A DNA stretch of 64,000 bases from Chiloscyllium plagiosum (taxonomy: Eukaryota), in contig NC_057759.1 of assembly GCF_004010195.1 (NCBI RefSeq), forward strand, positions 6,450,368 through 6,514,367, given 5' to 3'. Made by a program: the position numbers and the translations under genes. The notes beneath the pieces are model-generated. The model saw nothing but the letters and a program-made list of their open reading frames with translations, did no database searches and was not told the DNA's origin. Positions 1-11,770 of the stretch are shown in pieces; the first letter of the stretch is position 1, and every line of letters begins with the position of its first letter.

Positions 1-320
1 ATAGAGTGGACATGGAGAAGATGTTTCCACGAGTAGGAGAGACTAGGACCCGAAGACACAGCCTCAGAGTGAAGGGAACTACCTTTAGAATTGAGATGAG
101 GATGAATTTCATCAGTCAGACAGTGGGGAGTCTGTGGAACTCATTACTGCAGACGGATGTTATTATGTCTTTAAGACAGAGATAGATAGATTCTTGATCA
201 GTAAGAGGATCAACCATTAAAAAGAGAAGGCAGGAGAATGGAGTTAAGAAACATATCAGCCATGATAGAATAGTGGAGCAGACTTGATGGGCTGAATGGT
301 TGCTATATCTTATGGTCTTG
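1..320 (+). mobile_element. CR1-type LINE 3' end fragment
   Basis: ORF2 C-terminal motif sequence (gtggacatggagaagatgtttcc ... gaatttcatcagtcagacagtggggagtctgtggaactc) followed by a tcttatggtct-type tail. Confidence 0.7.
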
Positions 321-499
321 GTTACTAAGAGACTACTAGACTGTGATGCAATAGACAGTTTATGGCCTCAGATTCAGAGCTTTCTGAGCATGTGCTATGA
401 GTCAGCCACACTAAAAAGTGTTCGGGCAGCTGTACAAACAATACAACATACGGGCTAGGAACCCTCTGGATTCTGCTTCTCCCATTCTTTAAGGCTGTG

Positions 500-1400
500 G
501 CTGGTCTCATCGCAGTCTCAGCTCCAATGTCCTGCCCCTGCTCCCTTTAACCCCTCACTGGTGGACAATCTGTCTGTTCCCTCCTTCAATTTATTTAGTG
601 TCCCGACATGCCCCCACACACTGGAGGGTAAATTCCCAGAAATTTCCACCCCCTCTCCCTTGGAGAGGAAGCCATTCGTCACCATCTTTGTGTTCAATCT
701 GTCCGGCCCCCTTCTCCTGAAATAAGGATCCTGTCGTTCTAAATTGCCCCACATGAGGAAACATCCTCTCTCCGTCTCCTTTGTCAATCCCACCCCCTTT
801 AGCATCCTATATCCCTCAGTTGGATCTCCCCTAATTCCTCTAAACTCCAGAGAGTATTGGCCTAAATTGTTCAATCTCTCTTTCGACAACAAACCCCTCA
901 TCTCTGAACATGAAATATTCAAAGTCACGTTACAGTTACTTGGCATCTTGGATGTAGAATACACATCCCAAAGTGAGTTAGTCATAGTTTCCGAGATGTC
1001 CACAGCGCAGGAAAAATGGCCCATTGGCCGATCGAGTCTGTGCCGGTCAGAAAAAAATCACCTTGCCATTGTCTAATACCACTTCCCCAGTACTTGACCC
1101 ATAACATTAGCGTCACGAGTGCACATCTTAATCCTCCTTCAATGTGATGACGGTTTCTGCCTCTCCCACCCTGACAGGCAGTGAGTTCCAGATTCCCCAC
1201 CACCTTTTGGTGAACAAGTTTTTCCTCACATACCCGCAAAACCTCCTGGCCCTTACCTTTAATATATGCCCTTCCCACCTCACTTTCAATCCACTCTGCT
1301 GTAAGGACTACAACCCCAGTCTGTCCAACTTCTCTTCCTCACTGAAACTCTCCAGCCCCCAATTCAGTATGCTGGTAAATCTCCCTGTTCATCCTCTCAC
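500..1400 (-). mobile_element. Two decayed CR1/L2-type LINE 3' fragments
   Basis: Minus-strand translation resembles LINE RT C-terminus (ERLNNLGQYSLEFRGIRGD..GYRMLKG); a related copy lies at ~62190-62580 (+). Confidence 0.6.
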
Positions 1401-1792
1401 AGTTCATTGAGATATATACTGTTGGTAAAATGTCTTGTCTTTTATTTACAACTTACTCAAATCATGCATCAGGAAGGAAACACCAGTTATTTTGCAGTGA
1501 AAAAGAGGGCAGTTAATTTTTAATCAGCAGAGTTATGTTTTTAGCAGGTGGTTAATGTAAAGTCACCATTGTCTCATTAGAAAGAGAGAGAAAGAGGTGT
1601 GGGCGAGAAAAAGAAAGAAAAAGCAACAACTGTTTTACGGTTTAACCTGAGGGTCACCACATCTAAGGCACAGGGGATGATCATTCACAGCAATCTCAAC
1701 CAGAGCAGCAATTGAACCACATGCTGTCAGTGTGACGATACATTGTAAGCGAACTATAGAATCAACTGAGCTAACCAGAGGCAATAACATTG

Positions 1793-2112
1793 GGTTGCAT
1801 AGTGGCTCAGTGGTTAGCATTGCTGTCTCACAGCACCAGGGACCCGGGAACAATTCCAGCCCCAGGGAGTGCACATTCTCCCCTTCTCTGCGTGGGTTTT
1901 GTTCAGACACTCTGGTTTCCTCCCACAATCCAAATATGTGCAATTTAGATGAATTGGCCGTGCTAAATTGCCCATAGTGTGAGAGTTATGCAGGCTAGGA
2001 GGGTTAGCCAATGCAAATACGGAGTTGCAGGGATTAGGGTAGAGTGGTGTGTCTGGGTGGAATGCTATTCAGAGGGTCAGTATGGACTCAGTGGGCTGAA
2101 AGGCCTACTTCC
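1793..2112 (+). mobile_element. HE1-like tRNA-derived SINE
   Basis: gtggctcagtggttagcattgctgtctcacagcaccagggacccggg head, gaattggccgtgctaaattgcccatagtg core, cacactgtaggattctatg tail; related copies at 19998, 23897, 34334, 55934. Confidence 0.8.
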
Positions 2113-3069
2113 ACACTGTAGGATTCTATGATGTGCAGGTTAGGGGATTGGCCATGGTTAATACAGGGTTACAGGGATAGGGTCAGGGTCTGTTTGGGAT
2201 GTTCTTCACTGGCTTGGGGCAGACCGAATGGGCTGAATGTTCTCTTTCCACACTGTATGGATTGTGGTGACATCAATGCTTAGCTCAATGGTGTGGGGCA
2301 ATTTATTCTGATCTCAATTTTGATGAGATTCACTTTCAGTTTCTGAAATAGTGGGGAAGCAAAATTCTGTGTTTTCAGCTCCCCAGGGTATGTCCTGGAG
2401 ATTTGAATTTGAATCTTGCTGTGGCAGGTGGTGAATTTGGAATTTGATTTTAAACAGAAACAGATCTGGAATTAAGACTCTAATGATGACTGTTGTCAGG
2501 AACAAACAACCATCTGGTTCAAAATTGAAGACAGAGGTGAGGAGGAATTTCTTCTCTCAGAGGATTGAGAGTCTTTGGAACTCCTTACCACAGAGAGCTG
2601 TGTGTGGGGAGCAGGTTTATAGCTGGGGTAGATATAATCTTGATCAGTCAGGGAATTGAGGGTTACATGTTAAGTGCAGGAAAGTGAGCATGAGAAATCG
2701 GGCATCAGTCATGATGCTATTGAATGGCTGAGCAGGCTCGAGGGGGTGAATAGCCTTCTCCTGTTCTTGTCTGTGATGAAATCTGCCCTCCTTAACCGAT
2801 CTAGTCTGCACGTGATTCCTAACCCATTCCAAACGCTTCACTGCCTTCTGGCTGAGCAAATTGTTTGGTTCAAGGACACTTCGGAATCGCATCCACTTCC
2901 CACTTTGGCAGAGATGGCCACATCCTGTTCAGAGTATAGAGAAATAACATTTGTCAGGGTCACATGCTTTGCCAAGAGAAATTGGTCTGTATAATGACCC
3001 CAGATATTCACAGCTCCTCCTGTACACTCTGATCGTCTTTCAGACAAATTTGTTATTCTCATCCATTTT

Positions 3070-3835
3070 CATAGAGTCATACAGCATGGAAACAGGCCCT
3101 TCAGCCCAACTCGCCCGTGCCAATCAGGTTTCCCAAACTCAACTAGTCCCATTTGTTTGCATTTGGCCCATATCTCTCTAACCTTTCTTATCCATGTACC
3201 TTGCCAACTGTCTTTGTAATGTTGTTATTGTACCTGCCTCTACCACTTCCTCTGGCAGCTCATTCCATATACACACTGCCCTCTGTGTGATAAGTTTACC
3301 TCTCCCCTCAGCCTCCAACGCTCCAGAGGATAATAGCTCCCAGCTTATGCATCTTCTCCTTATAATTCAAGCTCTGTACTTATAGTCACATCTTTGTAAA
3401 TCTTTTTCTGTACCCTTTCTAGCTTAACCACATCATTTCCACAGCAGGTTAACCAGAATTGTACACAGGATTCTAGAAATGGCCTCACCAATATCCTGTA
3501 CAGCTGTAACATTATGCTCCAACTGCTGCCGTCAATGCTCTGACCAGTGAAGGGAAGCAAGCCAAACGCTGCCTTCACCACCATATCTCACTGCAATGCC
3601 ACATTCAAGGAACTATTCATCTGCACCTCAAGTTCTGTTTGTTCGTAAAAACACTCCCCAGACTTGTTCTATTTATAGTATAAATCCTGCCCTGGTTTGC
3701 CTTACAAAAATGCAACACCTTGCATTTATTCTAGTTAAACCTTATCTGCCATTCTTTGACCCACTGGCCCAGTTGATCAAATATCCCTTGTACTCTTAGA
3801 TAACCTTCTCTGTCCACAATGACACCAACTTTGAT
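3070..3835 (-). mobile_element. CR1 LINE RT/3' fragment
   Basis: Minus frame reads MLQLYRILVRPFLESCVQFW...KLERVQK, a typical CR1 RT C-terminal motif; catagagtcatacagcatggaaacaggcc tail. Confidence 0.8.
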
Positions 3836-3868
3836 CCTGCTCCTGTTTCTCTTCTGACCTGTTTTCAG

Positions 3869-3985
3869 GCTGACCAAGCAAAGCAGCAACCACCCTGCAC
3901 CACTCTGAAGCACACAGATACAGGAGGGGATGAGGAACCAGATCAAGAAGAAGAGGGAAACGTTTATGCCAACTTTCCACATTGA
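3869..3985 (+). pseudogene. Candidate terminal exon of an immune-type receptor cytoplasmic tail (copy 1)
   Basis: Polypyrimidine tract + ctgacctgttttcag acceptor; open frame ADQAKQQPPCTTLKHTDTGGDEEPDQEEEGNVYANFPH*; lacks 9 nt (including the ITIM Tyr) relative to copy 2. Confidence 0.45.
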
Positions 3986-4647
3986 CAAATTGATCAATAA
4001 CAATCCTACCTTTCAGCAAATAAGGAGGACAAGGAAGAGAAGGCATAGCAATGTCACATTTCTGTGACTAGGCTAGGTTTTGTCTCAATTCAGTCAGCAA
4101 GATGTCAGTTCCAAAGATGAACTTGTCCTGAAAAATCATCTACATAATTGTCTCTCCCACAACCTTCAGTATGTCAGTTTATCTCACTGTAGCACAATCT
4201 AACTGTTGATGGCAGAGATTTTAGATTTTATGCTGTTCCTTCCTAACGAGAGCCTCCATTTGATCTCCTGGTGAATGGGTTGAGGCAGATGTGCCAATGA
4301 ATTGAACATACTCTACACATTTTGTGTAAATTGTGGTGAGCTGGAAATAATTCAAGGTGGGATTGTTTTCTAGCCCGATCTTCATTGCCCTCTAACTTCA
4401 TCACTGTCAATACACATCCAACTCTCTTTTCATACCTCATATGGAATCGACCTCCACCACGATCCCAGGCTGCACAATCCAAAATCCTAATAACTGTGAG
4501 TAAAGACATTTCTCCTCATCTCACTCCTCTCTCTCTTGCTGACAATCTTGAAATTGTGACCTCTAGTTACTGACATACGAACTAGTGGTAACAAAATATT
4601 CCTCTTATCCCTGGCAAAATTCTTCATAATTTTGAACACCTCCATAA

Positions 4648-5497
4648 NNNNNNNNNNNNNNNNNNNNNNNNNNNNNNNNNNNNNNNNNNNNNNNNNNNNN
4701 NNNNNNNNNNNNNNNNNNNNNNNNNNNNNNNNNNNNNNNNNNNNNNNNNNNNNNNNNNNNNNNNNNNNNNNNNNNNNNNNNNNNNNNNNNNNNNNNNNNN
4801 NNNNNNNNNNNNNNNNNNNNNNNNNNNNNNNNNNNNNNNNNNNNNNNNNNNNNNNNNNNNNNNNNNNNNNNNNNNNNNNNNNNNNNNNNNNNNNNNNNNN
4901 NNNNNNNNNNNNNNNNNNNNNNNNNNNNNNNNNNNNNNNNNNNNNNNNNNNNNNNNNNNNNNNNNNNNNNNNNNNNNNNNNNNNNNNNNNNNNNNNNNNN
5001 NNNNNNNNNNNNNNNNNNNNNNNNNNNNNNNNNNNNNNNNNNNNNNNNNNNNNNNNNNNNNNNNNNNNNNNNNNNNNNNNNNNNNNNNNNNNNNNNNNNN
5101 NNNNNNNNNNNNNNNNNNNNNNNNNNNNNNNNNNNNNNNNNNNNNNNNNNNNNNNNNNNNNNNNNNNNNNNNNNNNNNNNNNNNNNNNNNNNNNNNNNNN
5201 NNNNNNNNNNNNNNNNNNNNNNNNNNNNNNNNNNNNNNNNNNNNNNNNNNNNNNNNNNNNNNNNNNNNNNNNNNNNNNNNNNNNNNNNNNNNNNNNNNNN
5301 NNNNNNNNNNNNNNNNNNNNNNNNNNNNNNNNNNNNNNNNNNNNNNNNNNNNNNNNNNNNNNNNNNNNNNNNNNNNNNNNNNNNNNNNNNNNNNNNNNNN
5401 NNNNNNNNNNNNNNNNNNNNNNNNNNNNNNNNNNNNNNNNNNNNNNNNNNNNNNNNNNNNNNNNNNNNNNNNNNNNNNNNNNNNNNNNNNNNNNNNN
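4648..5497. other. Assembly gap (850 N)
   Basis: Run of N. Confidence 1.
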
Positions 5498-5984
5498 TGT
5501 AGTTGTGGTCACATCTTTGTAAATCTTTTCTGTACCCATTCAAGCTTAAGAACATCCTTTCGACAGCAAGTTGACCAGAACTGTGCGCAGTATTCTAAAA
5601 GTGGCCTCACTATATCCTGTACAATTGAAACATGATGCACCAACTTCTGTCGTCAGTTTTCTGACCACTGAAGGCAAGCATGCCAAAACCCACCTTCACC
5701 AGTGTCTAGCTGCAATGCACATTCAAGGAACTTTTTGTTTGGAGGTCTTTTTGTTTGGAAACACTGCCCAGACTTGTGCTATTAACAGTACAACTCGTGC
5801 CATGGTTTGCCTTACCAAAATGCAACACATCATATTTATCTAAATTAAACTTCTTCTGCCATTCCTTGACCCACTGGCCCAGTTGATCAAATTTCCATTG
5901 TACTCTTAGATAACCTTAGATAACAATGCCACCAAATTTGGTCCTGCTCCTATCTGCTACGTTTCTGTGTTGACCTGTTTTCAG

Positions 5985-6115
5985 GCTGATCAAGTGGAGC
6001 AGCAACCACCCTGCATCACATATGCCGCCTTGAGGCACACAGATACAGGAGGGATGAGGGACCAGGTTAAGAGAAAGCGGGAAATGCTTATGCCAGCCAT
6101 CCATGGACATCGTGA
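5985..6115 (+). pseudogene. Candidate ITIM-bearing terminal exon (copy 2, frameshifted)
   Basis: Same acceptor; ADQVEQQPPCITYAALRHTDTGG with ITIM ITYAAL at 6015-6032, then a 1-nt deletion relative to copy 1 and a TAA stop in the copy-1 frame. Confidence 0.45.
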
Positions 6116-6369
6116 GACAGCACAGAAGGAAGCCTGTGAAGCTTCACAAATCGATCAATAACAATCCTACCTTCCAGCAAATAAGGAAGAGAAGGCAGAG
6201 CAATGTCACACTTCTGCGACCAGGCGAGGCTTTGTCTCAATTCACTCAGCAAGATGTCAGTTCCAAAGATGGACTTGTTTTGAGAAACCATCTGAATAAT
6301 TGTGTCTCTCCCAACCCTCAATGTGTCAGTTTATCCCACTGTAGTACAATCTAACTATTGATGGCAGAG

Positions 6370-7350
6370 ATTTTAAGTTTTATGCTGTTCACTCCTAACT
6401 TTAGCATCCATTTGATTTCCTGGCAAATGGGTCCAGGCAGAGGAGCCAATGAATTGAATGTATTCTCCATCTTTTCTTGAAATTGTGGTGGAAATAACTT
6501 GCTTTCCTGCCCTATCTTCAATGCCCTCTAACTTCATCACTGTCAATACACATCCAACTCTCTTTTCATACCTCACATGGAATCTAGCTCCATCATGATC
6601 CCAGGCTGTGCAATCCAAAATCCTAACAATTCTAAAGACATTTCTCCTCAACTCACTCCTCGCTCTCTTGCTGACAATCGTGAAATTGTGACCCCTAGTT
6701 ACTGAACATGCTAACTAGTGGTAACAAAATATTCTTCTTTCCCCTACCAAAATTCTTCATAATTTTGAACACCTCCATAAGGCTCTTCTCTTAATCTTCT
6801 GTGCTCCAAGGAAAAGGAGCCTGATATCACTAATCCTTCCTGCTATGTAAAATTCTTCATTCCTGCTATCATTCTAGTAAATCTTCAGTGAATGCTCTCC
6901 AGAGCTTGAAGTTCCTTCCTTAAATAAAGTGCCCATTACTGAACACAAATGTGATGTGACCAATGATTTGTGGAGGTGGAGCATCACTTCCTCTGTTTTA
7001 TACTCAATGCCTCTATTTATAATGGCAAGGATCCTATTACCCTTCTTCACAACGGTTTCAGCTTGCCTGGCCAACTTCAGAGAATGATAAACATGAACCC
7101 CGAGGTCCCTCTACTCCAGTGGTACCTTCAAAGATGTACCATTGACCCTGCATTGTTGCTCTGTGTTTCTGGTAGCAAAATGCATTACCTCACATTTCTC
7201 TGCATTGTAATTCATCTGCCAGACATCTGTTCATTTGGCCAACTTGTCAATCTCCCTGTGAAGTCACTCAGCATCATCCTCCCAATCACTCATCTCCCTG
7301 TTAGTATCAACTGCAAATTTAGAAAATATATCATCAACACCAACTCCTAA
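6370..7350 (-). mobile_element. CR1-type LINE RT + 3' end
   Basis: Minus frame KKGNRILAIINRGIEYKTEEVMLHLHKSLV (CR1 RT); a related family member lies at ~63320-63850 (+). Confidence 0.8.
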
Positions 7351-7364
7351 TTATTTATATAATC

Positions 7365-8060
7365 AACGTAGTTATCATTGTGTACTTGTCAGTTACTTCT
7401 ATGTACATGTAATTATCAATCTCTACCTGTCCATTACCCCTATGTGAATGTATGAGTGTGTTTACCAGTCTGTTCCTGCTCTGTGAATTGAGACTGTCAA
7501 TATTAACCTGTATTTGTCAACTTCTCCTATATCAATATGTGAATGCAGTTACCAATCTAATGCCCTCAATCTCTGCCTTGTCAATATGTGAATTTAAATA
7601 TAGATTTCTACCTGACAGGTCCTCTTTGATGAATGTGAACAGTGGAGGTACTAATATGTACCTGTGAGATTCTGCACTGTGAATATGTGTGTCATTATCG
7701 GAGCATGCTTGTCAGCTTATGCTGTGTGTAACTTGGAGTGTAGTTATCATTCTGTTCCTGTCAGTTTTAGCTTCGTGAATGAGAGTGTAGTTATTAATCT
7801 GTCCCTGACAGCTACTGCAATGAGAATGTGTGACTTAAGTTAACAGAAACAGACTAACAGATGGAAACTGTTTGTCACACATTTGCATCACAGTAAGTGT
7901 GTCATCATCATTTGTTTGTCTGTTTCTGCAACATGAATGAGTGTGCAGTTATCAGCCTGTACTTGTCAGTTTCTACTCTTGTGTATCAAAGTGGAAGCTA
8001 GTAATATTCTCTGTGTCCATGTGATACATTCTGTGATATTTGTTATCAGTGTGTTGAGAC
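7365..8060 (+). repeat. Degenerate ~48-bp tandem satellite (gttatcaatctgtacctgtcagtttctgctgtgtgaatgtgagtgta-like)
   Basis: Recurring gttatca...cctgtcagtt...gtgaatgtg units at roughly 46-50 bp spacing. Confidence 0.75.
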
Positions 8061-8184
8061 TGGATCTTAATCTTTTCTGCATTTTGTGATTTTTTTTTCA
8101 GTTGATTGTCAGTCTGTCGGGGTGGGTGGGGGAGAGAGGAGATAAGGTGATGGCAGAAGGGAAACTGCTTTATTCTGAGAACCA

Positions 8185-9560
8185 AATTTATTCTTGTGCT
8201 GCCGGTCTGTACCTCAGTTCATGTCTCCTGTAATGAATGGGAAACAGCCAACTTTCTTTAATTGTTAGTGCCTGTAGGAATCACGTGCATGTGAAAACAT
8301 AACACATTGCAACAGAACGGATTTTGTGCTGTTCTTCAGAGTCAAGGTAGGAAACACAATCGACCTTTTGTATCTTGTATAGTGCAGAATCTAACAGGCA
8401 GTAATGATATAAAATGTCTTTCTTCAGAATGCCATTAGTTTTTGTTTTAGTGCATATTGATGTTCTTTTCTGAAAACTGCTGAACTAACAATCAATGTAA
8501 ACTGAATCCATTTGCAACAAAGTGAAAGGGTGACAAACCATTCAATTGCATTGGAGCTGACTGACCATCATCAAAATCAGAGTCACAGATATGTTACAGC
8601 TCAGAAGCAGACCATTCAGCCGATTGTGTCTATACTGGGGCATTCTCTTATACGTCAGTTCTGCAGTAATTGTTGGAAACGTGAACTTCATCGACTGATT
8701 GTCAGTATCTATATGGAAAGGACAATTTGACACCAGTTCTGCTGTCATCTTACTTTTAATAACTATAATGCTAGTTTTGATATGTTTCCCACAATCTCAA
8801 TGACAGATCATTGGTCAGATCACATTTGTGTTCAGTTCTGGGCACTTTATTTAAGGAGGATTCTCAAGCTCTGAAAAGGGTTAATTGGAGGTTTATTTGA
8901 TCTCATTCATTTATGTTCAGTTGTGAGTTTGTGTCTGAGTGTAGCATGAACTCTGTAAATGAACTCTTTTCAATGATGCTTAGTTTTATTACATTTCAGT
9001 CTCAGATTATTGTTACATTGTGTGTGCATGCCTGTATAGTAGAATTTATCAGGCACTGCTGGGCACTATATATCCTCAGCTGTGATAAGTGATGTTAAGA
9101 GTCAATTCATATCTGGAAATAATTGAGGCCAAATGTTATTCTTTTCCTTTCAGCATCCAGTGGCTGAGTGAGAGTGAATTTATTCTTGTGCTGCCGGTCT
9201 GTACCTCAGTTCATGTCACCTGTAATGAATGGGAAACAGCCAACGTTCTTTAATTGTTAGTGCCTGTAGGAATCACGTGCATGTGAAAACATAACACATT
9301 GCAACAGAACAGATTTTGTGCGGTTCTTCAGAGTCAAGGTAGGAAACACAATAGACCTTTTGTATCTTGTATAGTGCAGAATCTAACAAGCAGTAATGAT
9401 ATAAAATGTCTGTCTTCAGAATGCCATTAGTTTTTGTTTTAGTGCATATTGATGTTCTTTTCTGAAAACTGCTGAACTAACAATCAATGTAAACTGAATC
9501 CATTTTCAACAAAGTGAAAGGGTGACAAACCATTCAATTGCATTGGAGCTGATTGACCAT
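8185..9560 (+). repeat. 384-bp near-identical direct repeat (8185-8568 and 9177-9560)
   Basis: Both copies start aatttattcttgtgctgccggtctgtacctc and end ggagctga(c/t)tgaccat, constant offset 992. Confidence 0.95.
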
Positions 9561-9685
9561 AATGTTTGTTGCACAGAAAAGACAATTGACTAATTCACTT
9601 CTATTTTCTGATGTAGACAGAACATTACCCTGCTCTGTTGTGTGATGATTAGCCATTAACAGTACTCTTTGGTTACTCTAAAGTA

Positions 9686-9900
9686 CATAGAACATAGAAC
9701 ATAGAAGAATACAGCGCAGTACAGGCCCTTTGGCCCTCGATGTTGCGCCGATCCAAGCCCACCTAACCTATACTAACCCACTATCCTCCATATACCTATC
9801 CAATGCCCGCTTAAATGCCCATAAAGAGGGAGAGTCCACCACTGCTACTGGCAGGGCATTCCATGAACTTACGACTCGCTGAGTGAAGAACCTACCTCTA
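9686..9900 (-). mobile_element. 5'-truncated CR1-type LINE 3' end with (catagaa)3 tail and 43-bp flanking direct repeats
   Basis: catagaacatagaacatagaa tail; flanks 9643-9685 and 9901-9943 differ by 1 nt. Confidence 0.85.
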
Positions 9901-10653
9901 TGATGATTAGCCATTAACAGTATTCTTTGGTTACTCTAAAGTAGGAAGGAGGAAAGGAAAAAGAGTTGTTTTTTTTTGTTATGCAGTGCACAATATGTAA
10001 ACTACCACATTCAGTTTATTGAACAATCAACACTGTTCAACTCTGATTGAAAATAAAATGAGCAGTTCTGCAAACCTACTAATTTTGGCCTTTTCTTTCC
10101 CTTTCTCCACTGCTTTGAAGGGTGGTTATTAGATTCCACTGATACATTTTGTAAATTGCAGATAGATGTCTGAGATACCTTCCAGGGAGGGGGAAGAGGA
10201 ATGCAAAGTTCTTTGTTGAAAATTGCAACCAATTTTGAAAGAAGTACATAATTATCTAAAAACAAAAAGAGTTTCTGGTTGGACTGAACCAGACAAAAAG
10301 AAGTCTTCTACTGCAATTTGAAGAAATGGAGAATAATGATGTGATAAAAATGGGAATGGCAGCTCCTCTGCTACCATGATACATTTATGCAATTGAATGC
10401 TGCATGATCAGGATGAAAATTGTTAACTGGTTGTTTCTGATCGTGCAGACTCAAAAGTTTTCTAGGGCCTGATTCTGTGCTTTAGGCGACTCTGACAAGG
10501 AATTTGTGGGTAGAAATCATTTTGAATGTAACATTTTTCAATGCCAATGGAACAGTATGGCTGTTAGACATTGTAACATGTGTCAGGATGGTGTATGTTT
10601 TTGAGAGTCATTGTAAGTCTGAGAAAGAGACAGACTGACAGACACTGACACAC

Positions 10654-10686
<33 letters not shown>

Positions 10687-10692
10687 ATGTAT
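10654..10692. repeat. (TG)n(TATG)n microsatellite
   Basis: Direct reading. Confidence 0.95.
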
Positions 10693-10959
10693 GTTTGGAG
10701 AGGGGGTGAGGGGAAACTGCTTGGTTACATACCTACACATTAATCTTTTTTGTCGGGCTTTGACATAGAATGTGCACTTGGAATTCATATTATTTGATTG
10801 CTGTGTCTATATATGTGACAAAAGATTACTTGTCATTCTCAGTTACTGATAGCAGAAATGTTTCCTTCAATATCTGTACTCACTATCTACTTCGTATATG
10901 GTTGTTCAAACGAACAGCATCGTCTATTTGTTCCCCTCTATTGTAACTTGAAAAGTGTA

Positions 10960-11770
10960 CTTACTAAAGTTCAGAACCCATGAGGACAGCCCCAGACGGG
11001 ACCTTGAGTTCCTGTCACTCTACACACTCTCTCACTCACACACATACACACACTCAGGCAGACGCTCTCTCATCCATATGCTTTCTCTCATACACGCACA
11101 CATACACCCATGCACACACCCTCTCACAGGCTTATACCCCATCACACTCATATATACACACACACACAAAATACACATTCACATATGTACTCACACTCAC
11201 ATACTTTCTTTCTCTCTCTCACTCACTCACTCACTCACTCACTCACTCACTCACTCTCTCACACACACACGTCTATGGGGGTGAATGTGCATTTGCAGAA
11301 TTATATTTGCAGATACATTCTATTTTGCTCAAAAATGCACAATCTACAGGCAGTCAATCCATGTAATGTTTTATATATTCCTACTTTGGCAATAGAACCA
11401 GTCTGACTCAAGATTGGGATACAGACAGACTCTAACCTTACACCTTTAATACATTGTCTGAGCTGAGATGTCATTCTTCTTAAAATAAAACCTGAAGTCA
11501 TCTTGAGAATGTGACTTAAAAGAAGTTCTTGGATCTATATGTTAATGGACTGAAACCTGCAACCCATTCTAAAAGATGAAATACTGGAATAGCAGTCTAG
11601 GTTTGTTCAATATATCCTTTCAGTTGTATAACACTGTAACCTTTTGCTATAAATTCTGTGTCTCATGATCCTGTTTCACAGCTACCTGATGAAGGAGTGA
11701 TGCTCTGAAAGCTATTACTTCCAAATTAACCTGCTAGATTATAATCTGGTGTTATGATTTTTCAGTTGTG
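10960..11770 (+). mobile_element. Penelope-like element 3' part (family A)
   Basis: KFRTHEDSPRRDLEFLSLY resembles a PLE GIY-YIG C-terminus; CA/ACTC-rich tract; terminal segment contains ctgatgaaggag..ctctgaaagcta hammerhead core. Confidence 0.7.
11686..11714 (+). ncRNA. Minimal hammerhead ribozyme core (PLE family A)
   Basis: CTGATGA-aggagtgatgctct-GAA-AGCT-A: conserved core, helix II, palindromic AGCT helix III. Confidence 0.6.

Larger units (their letters stand above)
3382..6780 (+). repeat. Diverged direct duplication: 3382-4647 vs ~5505-6780
   Basis: Collinear CR1 / unique exon-like segment / second LINE order in both copies with many substitutions and indels; copies are separated by the N gap. 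Confidence 0.9.

Noticed and set aside
4487-5555. Long ORFs of 296-350 aa (and similar ones at 30055-30706)
   Set aside because: They consist of N-gap translated as X
9140-9175. Possible mini-exon (ctttcag|catccagtggctga|gtgag), with a paralogue at ~40290
   Set aside because: Lengths differ between copies (14 vs 16 nt) and do not preserve frame
10955-11406. His/Thr-rich ORFs
   Set aside because: Translation of CA/ACTC microsatellite within a PLE fragment
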